Shown in pieces: positions 8,033 through 18,060 of a DNA stretch of 31,379 bases; position 1 is the first letter of the stretch, and each line of letters begins with the position of its first letter. The notes beneath the pieces are model-generated. The model had not been told where the DNA came from and searched no databases. It saw only the letters and a program-made list of their open reading frames with translations. The stretch is taken from IMG/VR virus record IMGVR_UViG_3300027887_000037, positions 1 to 31,379 of that record. One strand, 5' to 3'. The stretch is from a virus (taxonomy: Duplodnaviria; Caudoviricetes). The translations under genes were made by a program, and so were the position numbers.

Positions 8033-11000
8033 TTATAATTTAACACCTAAACTAACCTCATATACAGTTTCAAATTGAATATCTGTGGAAACATCGGTTC
8101 TTAAGAATTTTTTTCTTTCTAATTTCCAGTTTTGTAATCTTGTTGAAGCATTTGTTGTATTTGTTAGAGTAGCTATATCAAAATATCTTAATTGTGTCCA
8201 TTTATTTATATAAGAATATCCATAACCTAATGATAAGTCATATACAAAACCATAAGTACTTAAATCACAAATTCCATTTAACATTGCATCATATATGTAA
8301 TATCCGCCTCCTATTGTCATAGAATTAGTTGTAGCATTATATGTAGATAGAAAATAGCCTGCTATAGGAGTAATTATTCTTGTTTTACTTATAATTGGCA
8401 AATAATTTCCGTATGGTAATCTTGTTGTTTTAATATTAAATTGAGAAATAAGACTATTTATTTGAGAATATCTAGTATCACACGATACATCTGGAAGAGG
8501 TATATTATTAGTTGGCACAACTATTGGCATTGTTATAGTTTTAGTAGTTGAGTTCCAACTAACATCTGATGACAAGTGAATTTCAAAATAATCGTAAGTA
8601 GTTGTGTCTCCGCAACTACTAGCATTTTTTATCCAAACATCATAATATGAATAATATTCTACACTTGTATCTGGTGTAGATAACCAGTTTGTATAACGTG
8701 AAGATGCCTTTACATAATTTATATTAGATACAAATGCATCATAATCAGATGCATCTGTACATGTTATTATTATAGCTGATACATCGGCAGTTTGTAGGGA
8801 ATATGTAATAGATTGACCTGGATTGCAATCATGACAAGAAAGATAACCATGATCACCTATATATACAGCAACAGGCTGCGAAAAAGTAGACCAAATTAAT
8901 GGCATATCTATTGGATTTGTCGACATAAATGAAGTACCTGCTGATATTGTATTCATATTAAGATAGGTCCATATAAAAGGAGATGAACTAGAGAATTTGC
9001 TAGGTATAGCACCAGCAGTTGAGGTATTATAAGAAATCCAATAACGACAATTAACATCATCGAATCTCAAAGATGGATCGCCGGCCATTTTAGAATAATT
9101 AGTATCATAAAGCCAACCACAACTTATATCGCTATTAGAAATACTTTTTAATTTTAAATCCCAATTCGTATTAGATTCGGCTGCGTCATACACGCTTCCT
9201 ATTATTTGTATTTTTAAATAATCTCCTAAAGAATATGTTATATTATCAAAACGTGTAATATATCTTATATTATAACCGCTGGGTGAATATTCTTTAGCAT
9301 GTATTCTTGGGTTATTTGGATAATCATTAGGATAAAGATTTGTTACTAAATAATTACCTGACGCATCATAATAACCATGTATAAAATTGTCTAGTATAGT
9401 TCCTGTTGTATTGGTTGATGTACAATAATATATTTTTAATTGTTCAGGAACATCATATGCGTTAAAATCCCATGCTAAATATTTTATAGGATGTTCTGCA
9501 TCTTGACATATATCATATTTAATAGTTCTTGATTTGTTTAATGCGTAATCAGTAGTGTTATTATAAGTAATAACATACGGATATAAAACATCATTTCCTA
9601 ATTTAGTACAACAATCTATAGGACTAATTACAGCTTTAGGCAAACAATTTCTAAGGTCTGGACTATAACTAGCATCGGGAATATTATATGCTGAATATTT
9701 TATCCCATTTATAATAATAGATTTTACAACAGGATAAAGCGTTCCACTTATTACTATTTCATCTGTTAGTGGGTGTTGTGCCTGAATGGAAGCGTCATAT
9801 TCAAAAAGTGAACCTGAGATAAATACAACTTCACCAATACTAGATTCATATTTCCATTCTATAGTGTAATTTGATACATCGCCAGTATCTGCCACTACAA
9901 CACCACAATCTAAGAATCCTGTGCTTGATGGTGGTGGATTAAAATCAAGACCATATGTAGCACAGGGCGTATATACTATAGGTGTACTAAATTGTTGATT
10001 AGAACCATAAACTACACCAAGTGCATTATATGCAAAAGCTCGAACATAATAACTAGTATCTGAAGTTAATCCAGTTAAATAATTTGTGTAAGACCCCTCA
10101 CCACGAGATCCATATAAAGCAGAAGAATCTGTAATGGTTGGATTTAATGATGTTGACCAACATATACCTTTGTATGTAGAGTTACCCCCTGCGGTACAGT
10201 TACCTCCACTTTTTGCACTCCATCCTTCTATAGATGTAACTGGCGATGTTGTTACAAAGGCCTCTACCGGTGTTTCATAAATAAAATAACCCAATATTAA
10301 TTTATTACTATTAATAATTTGGTTTGCTAATGCATTACTCCAATCATTATTATATGCACATAATGCTCCTGTTGTTAATGCAGCCCAACTAGCATCAATA
10401 GTTACTTCAGGAATTAATGTTCCATTTCTATATTTAGTTTCTGTAAGATTATCAGCGAGCCATTCTACTCCGTCTATAGATATTGTTTTATAAACCTTAC
10501 CGTCATTACCTGTATATGTGCCCGATTCTCCGTGTATAAGTTCTGTTTCATCTTTTACTAATCTTAATGGTAATCCCGATTTTTTCCAAGAATTTATCAA
10601 ATCAACTTCTCCATAACCTCCATAAAAATAAAAACCTGAAAATTGATCACTATTTACAGACACAGATGTTAAATAATTTTGTTCCCATTTAGTTCGTGCG
10701 AATACTCCGGTAATATTATCTCGTTCACCCCCATTTGCACAACCCAATCGTGATTCATTTGTAATATTTTCTATATCATCATAATCTGACCACTTTAAAG
10801 GATCAATTAATGCATATGCACATTCATTTAATGCGCCATAATAAGCAAAAACTGTTTGCCATTCCGCTCTTGTAGATACATGCCATCCTGTATTAGCTAT
10901 ATTTTTTACATCTGTTGCTGCATACCAGTTATATAATAATCCATAATTTATATATGTAATATCTGTTCTAAACCCGGAAAGTTGTAATTTATTATTATTA

Positions 11001-11044
11001 TTAACACCGGCTTTTATTCCTGACAATATTAATTTACTATCCAT
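8033..11044 (-). CDS. Putative virion surface/fibre protein: permuted FISUMP (Fib_succ_major) domain + FN3 + ~650-aa domain shared with the neighbouring gene
   Basis: 'YGLLYNWYAA', 'GWHV....EW', 'G..LRLVKD', 'DGKVYKTI.I....W.A.NL..TKYRNG'; FN3 'LTGLTSDTSYYVRAFAYN'. Confidence 0.75.
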   Translation of the reverse strand: MDSKLILSGIKAGVNNNNKLQLSGFRTDITYINYGLLYNWYAATDVKNIANTGWHVSTRAEWQTVFAYYGALNECAYALIDPLKWSDYDDIENITNESRLGCANGGERDNITGVFARTKWEQNYLTSVSVNSDQFSGFYFYGGYGEVDLINSWKKSGLPLRLVKDETELIHGESGTYTGNDGKVYKTISIDGVEWLADNLTETKYRNGTLIPEVTIDASWAALTTGALCAYNNDWSNALANQIINSNKLILGYFIYETPVEAFVTTSPVTSIEGWSAKSGGNCTAGGNSTYKGICWSTSLNPTITDSSALYGSRGEGSYTNYLTGLTSDTSYYVRAFAYNALGVVYGSNQQFSTPIVYTPCATYGLDFNPPPSSTGFLDCGVVVADTGDVSNYTIEWKYESSIGEVVFISGSLFEYDASIQAQHPLTDEIVISGTLYPVVKSIIINGIKYSAYNIPDASYSPDLRNCLPKAVISPIDCCTKLGNDVLYPYVITYNNTTDYALNKSRTIKYDICQDAEHPIKYLAWDFNAYDVPEQLKIYYCTSTNTTGTILDNFIHGYYDASGNYLVTNLYPNDYPNNPRIHAKEYSPSGYNIRYITRFDNITYSLGDYLKIQIIGSVYDAAESNTNWDLKLKSISNSDISCGWLYDTNYSKMAGDPSLRFDDVNCRYWISYNTSTAGAIPSKFSSSSPFIWTYLNMNTISAGTSFMSTNPIDMPLIWSTFSQPVAVYIGDHGYLSCHDCNPGQSITYSLQTADVSAIIITCTDASDYDAFVSNINYVKASSRYTNWLSTPDTSVEYYSYYDVWIKNASSCGDTTTYDYFEIHLSSDVSWNSTTKTITMPIVVPTNNIPLPDVSCDTRYSQINSLISQFNIKTTRLPYGNYLPIISKTRIITPIAGYFLSTYNATTNSMTIGGGYYIYDAMLNGICDLSTYGFVYDLSLGYGYSYINKWTQLRYFDIATLTNTTNASTRLQNWKLERKKFLRTDVSTDIQFETVYEVSLGVKL

Positions 11045-11046
11045 TT

Positions 11047-13932
11047 TTAAAAATATTTTACTATAGATCCATCAATACAATTATACACTGTTTCATATCC
11101 TGTATCTATTGATGAATCGGTTCTAAGCAGTATTTTTCTTTCTAATTTCCAGTTATTAAGTCTATCTTCATGTGTTGATGCATCACCCGTAAGACTAAAT
11201 TTATCCCACCATCTAAATAATGTCCAACGTTTCATAAAATTATAATAATTATAATATAAAGTTGAAACATCATATATAAATCCATATTTACTTAAATCAC
11301 ATACTCCATTTAACATTGCATCGTCAATATAAAATGCATAATATGATTCTCTTGAAATTTCATGACTATTTCGATTGGTATATGTATATGAACAAACAGG
11401 ATTTTGCATTCTAACCTTTGTATAATGATACGCTGAGGATCCTGTAGCAACTGTTCTTGTTTGTTGTACTACACTAGAAACGAAGGTATATGTTTGATCA
11501 CAATTAAGTGTAGACATATCATTAATAAAACTAGATATAGTTGGCACATACGGCGTTATTGTTAATGTTTTGTTAAGATCATCATGAGAAATACTTGAAT
11601 TTAAATGGAAAGACATACTGTTTATAGATTGTGTATCTCCACAACTTGAAGCATCGTTCCAATACATATAATATACTCCATAATACTCTATACTTGTATC
11701 TGGCGTAGATTGCCATTTTATATAATCTGGAGACGATTGTATTGATTGAACATCAGATACAAATACATTATAATCTGAAGCATCTGTGAATGTAAATACT
11801 ACAGTAGAAGGATCAGTTGTTCTAGTAACTGTTATTGTTTGATTAGAATTTAAGTTTTGACATACATATGGTGATCTTGGAGTACCTGTCCATATCCATT
11901 GTGTATACGTCTGTGAAAACCAATAAAGACCTTGATGTATAGGATCTGTCATAGAACGAGATGCAGGATTTGTTCCCGAATCAAGCACATTCATTTGAGT
12001 ATATTTCCATAGCCAAGGATTATATAGTGATGTAGAATATTTAACTAAATTAGATGCATCTTTTTGAGTATAATATGTCATATCATAATAACAAATATAC
12101 GCAGATGTATATAATCCTATTGATGGATCTGTTGTTGTATCTAATTTAGAAATACTACTATCATAGAACCAACAACTAATATCAGAATTAGAGAAACATT
12201 TTAATTTTATATTCCAGTTTGTATTAATTACTGTAGGTTCTAGAACGCTGCCTATTATTTCAATTTTTATATAATTATCTGGTGAATATGTATATCCTGT
12301 TAAATTTGTTACATATTTTGTGCCATAGGATCTACTATAATTATATGTTCTTGGATTTGTAGGGTAATTTACAGGATATAGATTTGTTGTTAAACCACCA
12401 CCAGTTGAATTTCTAGTTCCTAAAATAAAATTATCTAATAATGTTCCAGTAGCATTGGTTGATGTGCAATAATACAATTTTAATTGTTCTGCAACATCAT
12501 ATGCTTGAAATTCCCATGCTAAATAATTTGTACTTGGTGATAAATTAAATTTAATTGTTCTAGATTTATCTGCAGCTATATCACGTTCATTAACATAAGA
12601 TAGATAATATGGATAAAGTTGATCTGCACCTAATACAGTAGAACATGTTACAGGATTAACAATAACAGGGTCAAGACAATCTATTAAATCTGGGCTAAAA
12701 TGAGATCCCACTTCATAATAAGATGTGTATCTAATATTATCAAAATACATATATTTAATTACAGGATATAATGTGCCGGCAAACACAACTTCAGGATTTG
12801 GGAAAGGATGTTGAGCTTGAATAGATGGATCTGAGCCTACTCCTGAAATAAACACTGTAGTACCTATACTAGAATTAAGATGCCATTCTATTAAATATGT
12901 TGACACATTTGCAACATTAGAAATTATTGCATCTACATCTAAAAATCCTGTAGTAGGTGGAGTGGATGCATAATGTGGAGAGAAATTTGCACATGCAGAA
13001 AATATTGGAATAGGTGTAGTAACATCTATTATATTTGAATATCCTGTTGTCATATAAGAATTATACGCGTTTAAACGATAATAATATGTTGTATTTTCTG
13101 ATAATCCTGATATAGGATATATTAATGTATTTCCAACATCTAAATTATTAAATCCAGGTACATATGATGTGAAACTTGCATCTAAAGCAACAAATAAATG
13201 ATAACCAGTAGCGCCTGTAGATGCAAGCCAATTCGCATCAAAATTATTATAACTTACATCCGTAGCTGCTGTTGCTACAGGGGGCTCTATTAAATATCCT
13301 AATGTCATAACTGATCCAATATTAGAATTATTACTTATACATTCATTAGTATAGGAGCGTACTCTATAATAATATGTTGTGTAAGAACTTAAATCATTAA
13401 CTATATAACTTAAAGATGTCCCTACATTTATATCATTATAAATAGGAAAAATAAACGTAGAATTATCTGCAACATCAACATGATATTCAGATACATTTAA
13501 TACTTCTTGCCAATTCATTGTAAATGTATTGTAACTTACATCTGTTTCAGCTAATAAAACCGGTGCATCTATAGATAACGTATAAGCTGTAATAACATTA
13601 GAATTAGGGCTAGAATGTGTTGGTATATAATATGAACGAATTCTATAAAAATAATCTTCTCCACAACTAAGATCTGGTACAAAATACGTTGAGACATCTC
13701 CAGAAATTTGTAAATTATTAAATCCTGGTAAAAATGATGTAAATCCACTATCATTTGCAATATCAAGATAAAATCCTGTCACAGGTACAGTTGAATACCA
13801 ATTTGAATAAAATGAAAATAAAGTTTCATCTGTTGCAGGTAAAGCAATAGGTGCCGGCGGAATATCTACTGGAAATATATCAGTTATTGTACGATTACGT
13901 TGTATTTCTTTATTTGCTATCTTTATTATCAT
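11047..13932 (-). CDS. Putative virion surface protein: three FN3 repeats + ~650-aa domain paralogous to 8033..11044
   Basis: Three 'P.A..ATDVS...F.ANW.....ATGY.L.VA.D..F...L...TTYYYR' units; collinear C-terminal motifs with the adjacent gene. Confidence 0.75.
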   Translation of the reverse strand: MIIKIANKEIQRNRTITDIFPVDIPPAPIALPATDETLFSFYSNWYSTVPVTGFYLDIANDSGFTSFLPGFNNLQISGDVSTYFVPDLSCGEDYFYRIRSYYIPTHSSPNSNVITAYTLSIDAPVLLAETDVSYNTFTMNWQEVLNVSEYHVDVADNSTFIFPIYNDINVGTSLSYIVNDLSSYTTYYYRVRSYTNECISNNSNIGSVMTLGYLIEPPVATAATDVSYNNFDANWLASTGATGYHLFVALDASFTSYVPGFNNLDVGNTLIYPISGLSENTTYYYRLNAYNSYMTTGYSNIIDVTTPIPIFSACANFSPHYASTPPTTGFLDVDAIISNVANVSTYLIEWHLNSSIGTTVFISGVGSDPSIQAQHPFPNPEVVFAGTLYPVIKYMYFDNIRYTSYYEVGSHFSPDLIDCLDPVIVNPVTCSTVLGADQLYPYYLSYVNERDIAADKSRTIKFNLSPSTNYLAWEFQAYDVAEQLKLYYCTSTNATGTLLDNFILGTRNSTGGGLTTNLYPVNYPTNPRTYNYSRSYGTKYVTNLTGYTYSPDNYIKIEIIGSVLEPTVINTNWNIKLKCFSNSDISCWFYDSSISKLDTTTDPSIGLYTSAYICYYDMTYYTQKDASNLVKYSTSLYNPWLWKYTQMNVLDSGTNPASRSMTDPIHQGLYWFSQTYTQWIWTGTPRSPYVCQNLNSNQTITVTRTTDPSTVVFTFTDASDYNVFVSDVQSIQSSPDYIKWQSTPDTSIEYYGVYYMYWNDASSCGDTQSINSMSFHLNSSISHDDLNKTLTITPYVPTISSFINDMSTLNCDQTYTFVSSVVQQTRTVATGSSAYHYTKVRMQNPVCSYTYTNRNSHEISRESYYAFYIDDAMLNGVCDLSKYGFIYDVSTLYYNYYNFMKRWTLFRWWDKFSLTGDASTHEDRLNNWKLERKILLRTDSSIDTGYETVYNCIDGSIVKYF

Positions 13933-13933
13933 T

Positions 13934-16900
13934 TTAATCAGATTTAATTAAGTTTCCGTGTTTATCATAACTTTCGACTTCAAGTATGTAATGACCGCTT
14001 GGGTCAAAAACAAATGGAACAGATTTGTTAAATACTCGGAAAAAAGTTTCGTTAGTATCATGCCATTTAACCGTCCATATATTCTTTTGATTTAACATAT
14101 AATCACTTGGATCATAATCAGCTTTCAATATGATGAAAGTACTAGTTTCTACAACAACATATAGTGGATAATAATAAAATTTTTCTGGTATTAAATCTGT
14201 AGAAGAATCATACCATAGATAATTTATTTTATCATGATCAAATAATACATTCATAAATACAAATGTATTGTCAATATATTGCTCATGACAATATGCATTT
14301 TTCATGTATACGTTAAATTGATTTCCTGTCATCGTTTCAACTTCTGCAGCACTTTCAGTTTTTGTATTAAAATCGGAATATGATGAAAATGCATGTTTTG
14401 CTCTTATAGTATAAATTGAAGCATCAAGTAAAAACTCAGGAAGAGGCTGATCAAATGTATGAATATAACCATCTACATTTGTTACTCTATAAGATGCGCC
14501 CCACTCATAATGATGATCAGGCATTTCAGAACTATTTACTATTATACCCACCATTTGCCCGGGTTGAAATTGATAACCCGTTATTCCCATAGATAATCCT
14601 GTAGAAGTATTCATAACATTATATGTAGATCTATATGTGTCATTTAAAAGATACAAACCATTTGATGCATTAAGAATATAATAAGAAGGCAAAGGAATAT
14701 CTAATGTTATTTGGATAGTTTCATCACCTATAGTAGCTGCAGAAATGTTAGTACTTATTTCATGAAGCACATCATATTCTCCTAAATCAAAATGAACTAA
14801 TCGAACTTGATCTCCTACATAAAATCTTTGATAATCTTGGTCAACATATAGTATGGCATTTGGAGTTGTAGAAACAATAGACGGTATTCTTTCAGTCATA
14901 TTAAAAAATCTATTGATAGAATTAGGTTCTGGAACATCTTGAAAATATGTTATTGATGGAACAGAAACATATACATCACCATTTGCATCTGTATTTACTG
15001 TCAAATTTTGCAATGGAATGTATCTATCATATATAGGTCTAAAGTTTTCAAGAACTAAATTATATGCTTCTAATTTATTCATATATGTACTTACTTCATA
15101 TCCCAATAATCTTGGATTGTCAACCAAAACATGAACAGTTGGGCGTTTTGTCCAAACCGGATATAATTCTCTTGCATAATTATAGAACATTGTATTATAT
15201 TCGTCCCATGCAAATAATCCAAGATGATACTTTCCTGTATGATGAACATGCATAGTGTAAATACTATTATCAAAAGACATTACCATAGGATCATCACCGC
15301 CAGTCATTCCGCTAGGATCTGCCCAAAAATATGTTGAAGGATCCGTTTGGAATAATCTTAAACGTGGTGAATCATAAACAACATTTACAGTTATTTTTTG
15401 CTCATCTAATGATGTGTCATAATTCCAATTTATGTAAAAGGTGACATTATCTGATGTATCTGTCCACATTCCTGCATCCATTGCAATTTTACCATCTACA
15501 ATATCTAAAATATATTCTTTATTACCAAAATTATGATTAACACCATAATCATCGGTATATCTATAATTTAACATTGTCAATAAAGGAACTCTATAATTAG
15601 AATCAACTGCATATTGAAGTCTGCTTCCTGTGTCAGGCCTAAATGTTACATATCCATCAAAGGTTGTAATTTCACCCGATGACGATTCCATTACATAACC
15701 ATATTTATCAAAAAATGTAATAAGCGTGCTTACTTCTGAAATTATAAATACTGATCCATCAATTTCAAAATTTGTAGGATTAATTCTAGAATTATAAATC
15801 TTTGAAGAATCTTTTGTATAAATTACACCAGAGCCATCTGTCACTGTATATTGGCCTCTTGCTACTAACGTTTTTGTTGCAGAAGAATCAATGTTTATGT
15901 AAAGATTAGGATAAATTGTGTATGCAATAGATTCATTCCACTCATCAATACTTGGGTCTCTTAAAAATGCTTTTTCTAAAATGATAGTTAAATGAGTTGA
16001 TGTATCATAAAATATCGAGGATGTATCAAATATGTTATAAAATCTAATATCATTTTCATAAATGAATAATGGATTTGTAACCATTGTTTCTTCTATAGTT
16101 CCTGCAGCAGTTTTTTCTACTGATAATCTCCACATTACATCTGAGAAATTAACAAGTGGATATGAAAAATTAGGTCCTATAAGTATGTAACTGCTTGGGT
16201 CATTTAAATATGCAGAACTATCAAGATCTACATATGTGTATTGCGGCACACCTGTTAAAGGATTTATGACGTATGCAATTGGATCATATGGATTCCATGC
16301 ATGATATACCATATCTTGAAATCTAAGAGGCATATTCTCAATAGTTGAATTTGTTAATTCAAGAAATGTCAATCGTATGCTTGCATCTCCATACATTAGT
16401 TCAGAATCATGATCAGGACTATATGGTGTTAAACTTTGTTCAACAGAATATTCATAACCTATGTTTTGTGTTGCATATATAAGATTTTGAATTCGTTCGA
16501 AATAAATGCCTTCACCCATTATATCTACGATTCGACAATTTATTCCAATTATATGTCTTTCAAGCCACTGTTTTAACGCTAATAACTTTATGAAAACTTC
16601 TTTAATGTTATATGAATAACAATTCTCAGTCAAAGGTGTTCCCCATGTATCAACTTCTCCGGTTTCTCTAGTTAAGCAATAAACCATTGATAATTGATTT
16701 AACTTTTTAAGAGTTTTTCTTCTATCTAAGTCAAACATTAAAATAGTTTGCAATCTATCTCTAGCTTCAAAAGGAACAATAAATGATAATTTTTTATCTT
16801 CTTTTACATCTTTAAACCATTCACGGAAATATATGTCATCATACCCTAACCATTTAACTGCATGCACAAGTGCTTTGTATGTTCCTATGTAAGGCATGAT

Positions 16901-17794
16901 CTGGTCATATTCCAGTATCATGTGTTTTGACTTTTGATTGACTAATTCCCAATCTGTCAAATCTTCATTAATGTCTATTTCTTTAAATAATTTTGGAAAA
17001 TCTTTAGGATCTGGCGCACCAAAGTTTGCTAATAGTGTTCTAAATCTTTCGTCTTCTCCTATAGCTTCAGCATTAACAACAATATCGGCCAAAGTATAAA
17101 GTATACCATTTACTTCATGATAAAAACGAACAGTTCTTTCAAAAACGCCTTCTTCTTCAGAACGAAATCCTATATTTATAACAAGAGGCGTATCTTCTGC
17201 ATATTGAGATAAATCAAATATTAATTCACTTGTCCATGTTATTTCAGTATTCACTTCATCAACTGTGAAAAAAGATATTTGAGATTCATCTCCTTCCATT
17301 CTAACAACTAATCGGCTATTAATAGGATCATAAGGTCTAATATATTGTCCGGTTAATGTTTGTTGAAAAATAAAAAGGTGTTCTGTTTCAACTAATCCTT
17401 GTGATACAGGATCTAAAAATACTGCACCAGCGAATGTGGCAGATGGATATACAAACTCACTTGCGTCAACCACAATATTACTTAAGCTGCCAATACTCTG
17501 CACAATGCTTAATTCAGGATTAAAAACAGAAACATCTATTAAATTAATAGTCACTGAAGAAAATGTTCCGGGCTCGCCTAACATGTACGAATAACTCACA
17601 GTATCAGATGCTGTGTAATTTAATCCTTTATTAGTTATTTCAGATCCACATATATTTCCTGAAATATCTGTTAGTAAGTATCCTGCTGCATTGGTACCTG
17701 TTAATGATGAAAATTCCAATGGAATATAAGGATCAGGGCTCCAATTCATTTGGCTCCCTGCTTTATTAAATATTTTCCAAGTTTGAAGATTCAT
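13934..17794 (-). CDS. Putative baseplate wedge protein (gp7-like) with large peripheral domains
   Basis: 1286 aa, downstream of gp25- and gp6-like genes; 'YIGTYKALVHAVKWLGY' resembles the 'KGT...I......G' wedge core of gp7/P2 gpI; C-terminal PKD-like 'F..SGHY.LEVESYD..GN'. Confidence 0.55.
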   Translation of the reverse strand: MNLQTWKIFNKAGSQMNWSPDPYIPLEFSSLTGTNAAGYLLTDISGNICGSEITNKGLNYTASDTVSYSYMLGEPGTFSSVTINLIDVSVFNPELSIVQSIGSLSNIVVDASEFVYPSATFAGAVFLDPVSQGLVETEHLFIFQQTLTGQYIRPYDPINSRLVVRMEGDESQISFFTVDEVNTEITWTSELIFDLSQYAEDTPLVINIGFRSEEEGVFERTVRFYHEVNGILYTLADIVVNAEAIGEDERFRTLLANFGAPDPKDFPKLFKEIDINEDLTDWELVNQKSKHMILEYDQIMPYIGTYKALVHAVKWLGYDDIYFREWFKDVKEDKKLSFIVPFEARDRLQTILMFDLDRRKTLKKLNQLSMVYCLTRETGEVDTWGTPLTENCYSYNIKEVFIKLLALKQWLERHIIGINCRIVDIMGEGIYFERIQNLIYATQNIGYEYSVEQSLTPYSPDHDSELMYGDASIRLTFLELTNSTIENMPLRFQDMVYHAWNPYDPIAYVINPLTGVPQYTYVDLDSSAYLNDPSSYILIGPNFSYPLVNFSDVMWRLSVEKTAAGTIEETMVTNPLFIYENDIRFYNIFDTSSIFYDTSTHLTIILEKAFLRDPSIDEWNESIAYTIYPNLYINIDSSATKTLVARGQYTVTDGSGVIYTKDSSKIYNSRINPTNFEIDGSVFIISEVSTLITFFDKYGYVMESSSGEITTFDGYVTFRPDTGSRLQYAVDSNYRVPLLTMLNYRYTDDYGVNHNFGNKEYILDIVDGKIAMDAGMWTDTSDNVTFYINWNYDTSLDEQKITVNVVYDSPRLRLFQTDPSTYFWADPSGMTGGDDPMVMSFDNSIYTMHVHHTGKYHLGLFAWDEYNTMFYNYARELYPVWTKRPTVHVLVDNPRLLGYEVSTYMNKLEAYNLVLENFRPIYDRYIPLQNLTVNTDANGDVYVSVPSITYFQDVPEPNSINRFFNMTERIPSIVSTTPNAILYVDQDYQRFYVGDQVRLVHFDLGEYDVLHEISTNISAATIGDETIQITLDIPLPSYYILNASNGLYLLNDTYRSTYNVMNTSTGLSMGITGYQFQPGQMVGIIVNSSEMPDHHYEWGASYRVTNVDGYIHTFDQPLPEFLLDASIYTIRAKHAFSSYSDFNTKTESAAEVETMTGNQFNVYMKNAYCHEQYIDNTFVFMNVLFDHDKINYLWYDSSTDLIPEKFYYYPLYVVVETSTFIILKADYDPSDYMLNQKNIWTVKWHDTNETFFRVFNKSVPFVFDPSGHYILEVESYDKHGNLIKSD

Positions 17795-17800
17795 ATTGTT

Positions 17801-18058
17801 CTATATATTTGTAGTATTTTTATCATGTGCAATTGAAAACCATTTCTTTACATATTTAGCCTGCTCTAATAAAAATGTTATCATACTTTCAATAGTAGTG
17901 TATGAAGTGTTTTGTAAAGGGTTAGCCCATAATTCTGGCGATGTTCCTTTTTTCAAAATTTTTCCCCTATAATCAAAACCTAAATTTTTATATACATCAT
18001 TAACATGTTTAGCCTGATATAAATAAGAGAGACGAATTGTATATAATTTTCTTGCCAT
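17801..18058 (-). CDS. Small hypothetical protein within the baseplate operon
   Basis: 85-aa ORF tightly packed between the gp6-like and gp7-like genes (2- and 6-nt gaps). Confidence 0.6.
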   Translation of the reverse strand: MARKLYTIRLSYLYQAKHVNDVYKNLGFDYRGKILKKGTSPELWANPLQNTSYTTIESMITFLLEQAKYVKKWFSIAHDKNTTNI

Positions 18059-18060
18059 TA

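Noticed and set aside
8033-13932. Complete diversity-generating retroelement targeting FISUMP or the paralogue pair
   Set aside because: No reverse transcriptase or non-coding template repeat is in the window, and the paralogues differ at all base types like ordinary old duplicates.
8033-17794. D-x-S as the host Bacteroidota O-glycosylation motif, or eukaryotic/NCLDV origin
   Set aside because: The host motif has S/T directly after D and acts on exported proteins, and no signal peptides are evident. gp13/gp25/gp6, bS1, operon coupling and intrinsic terminators indicate a bacteriophage.
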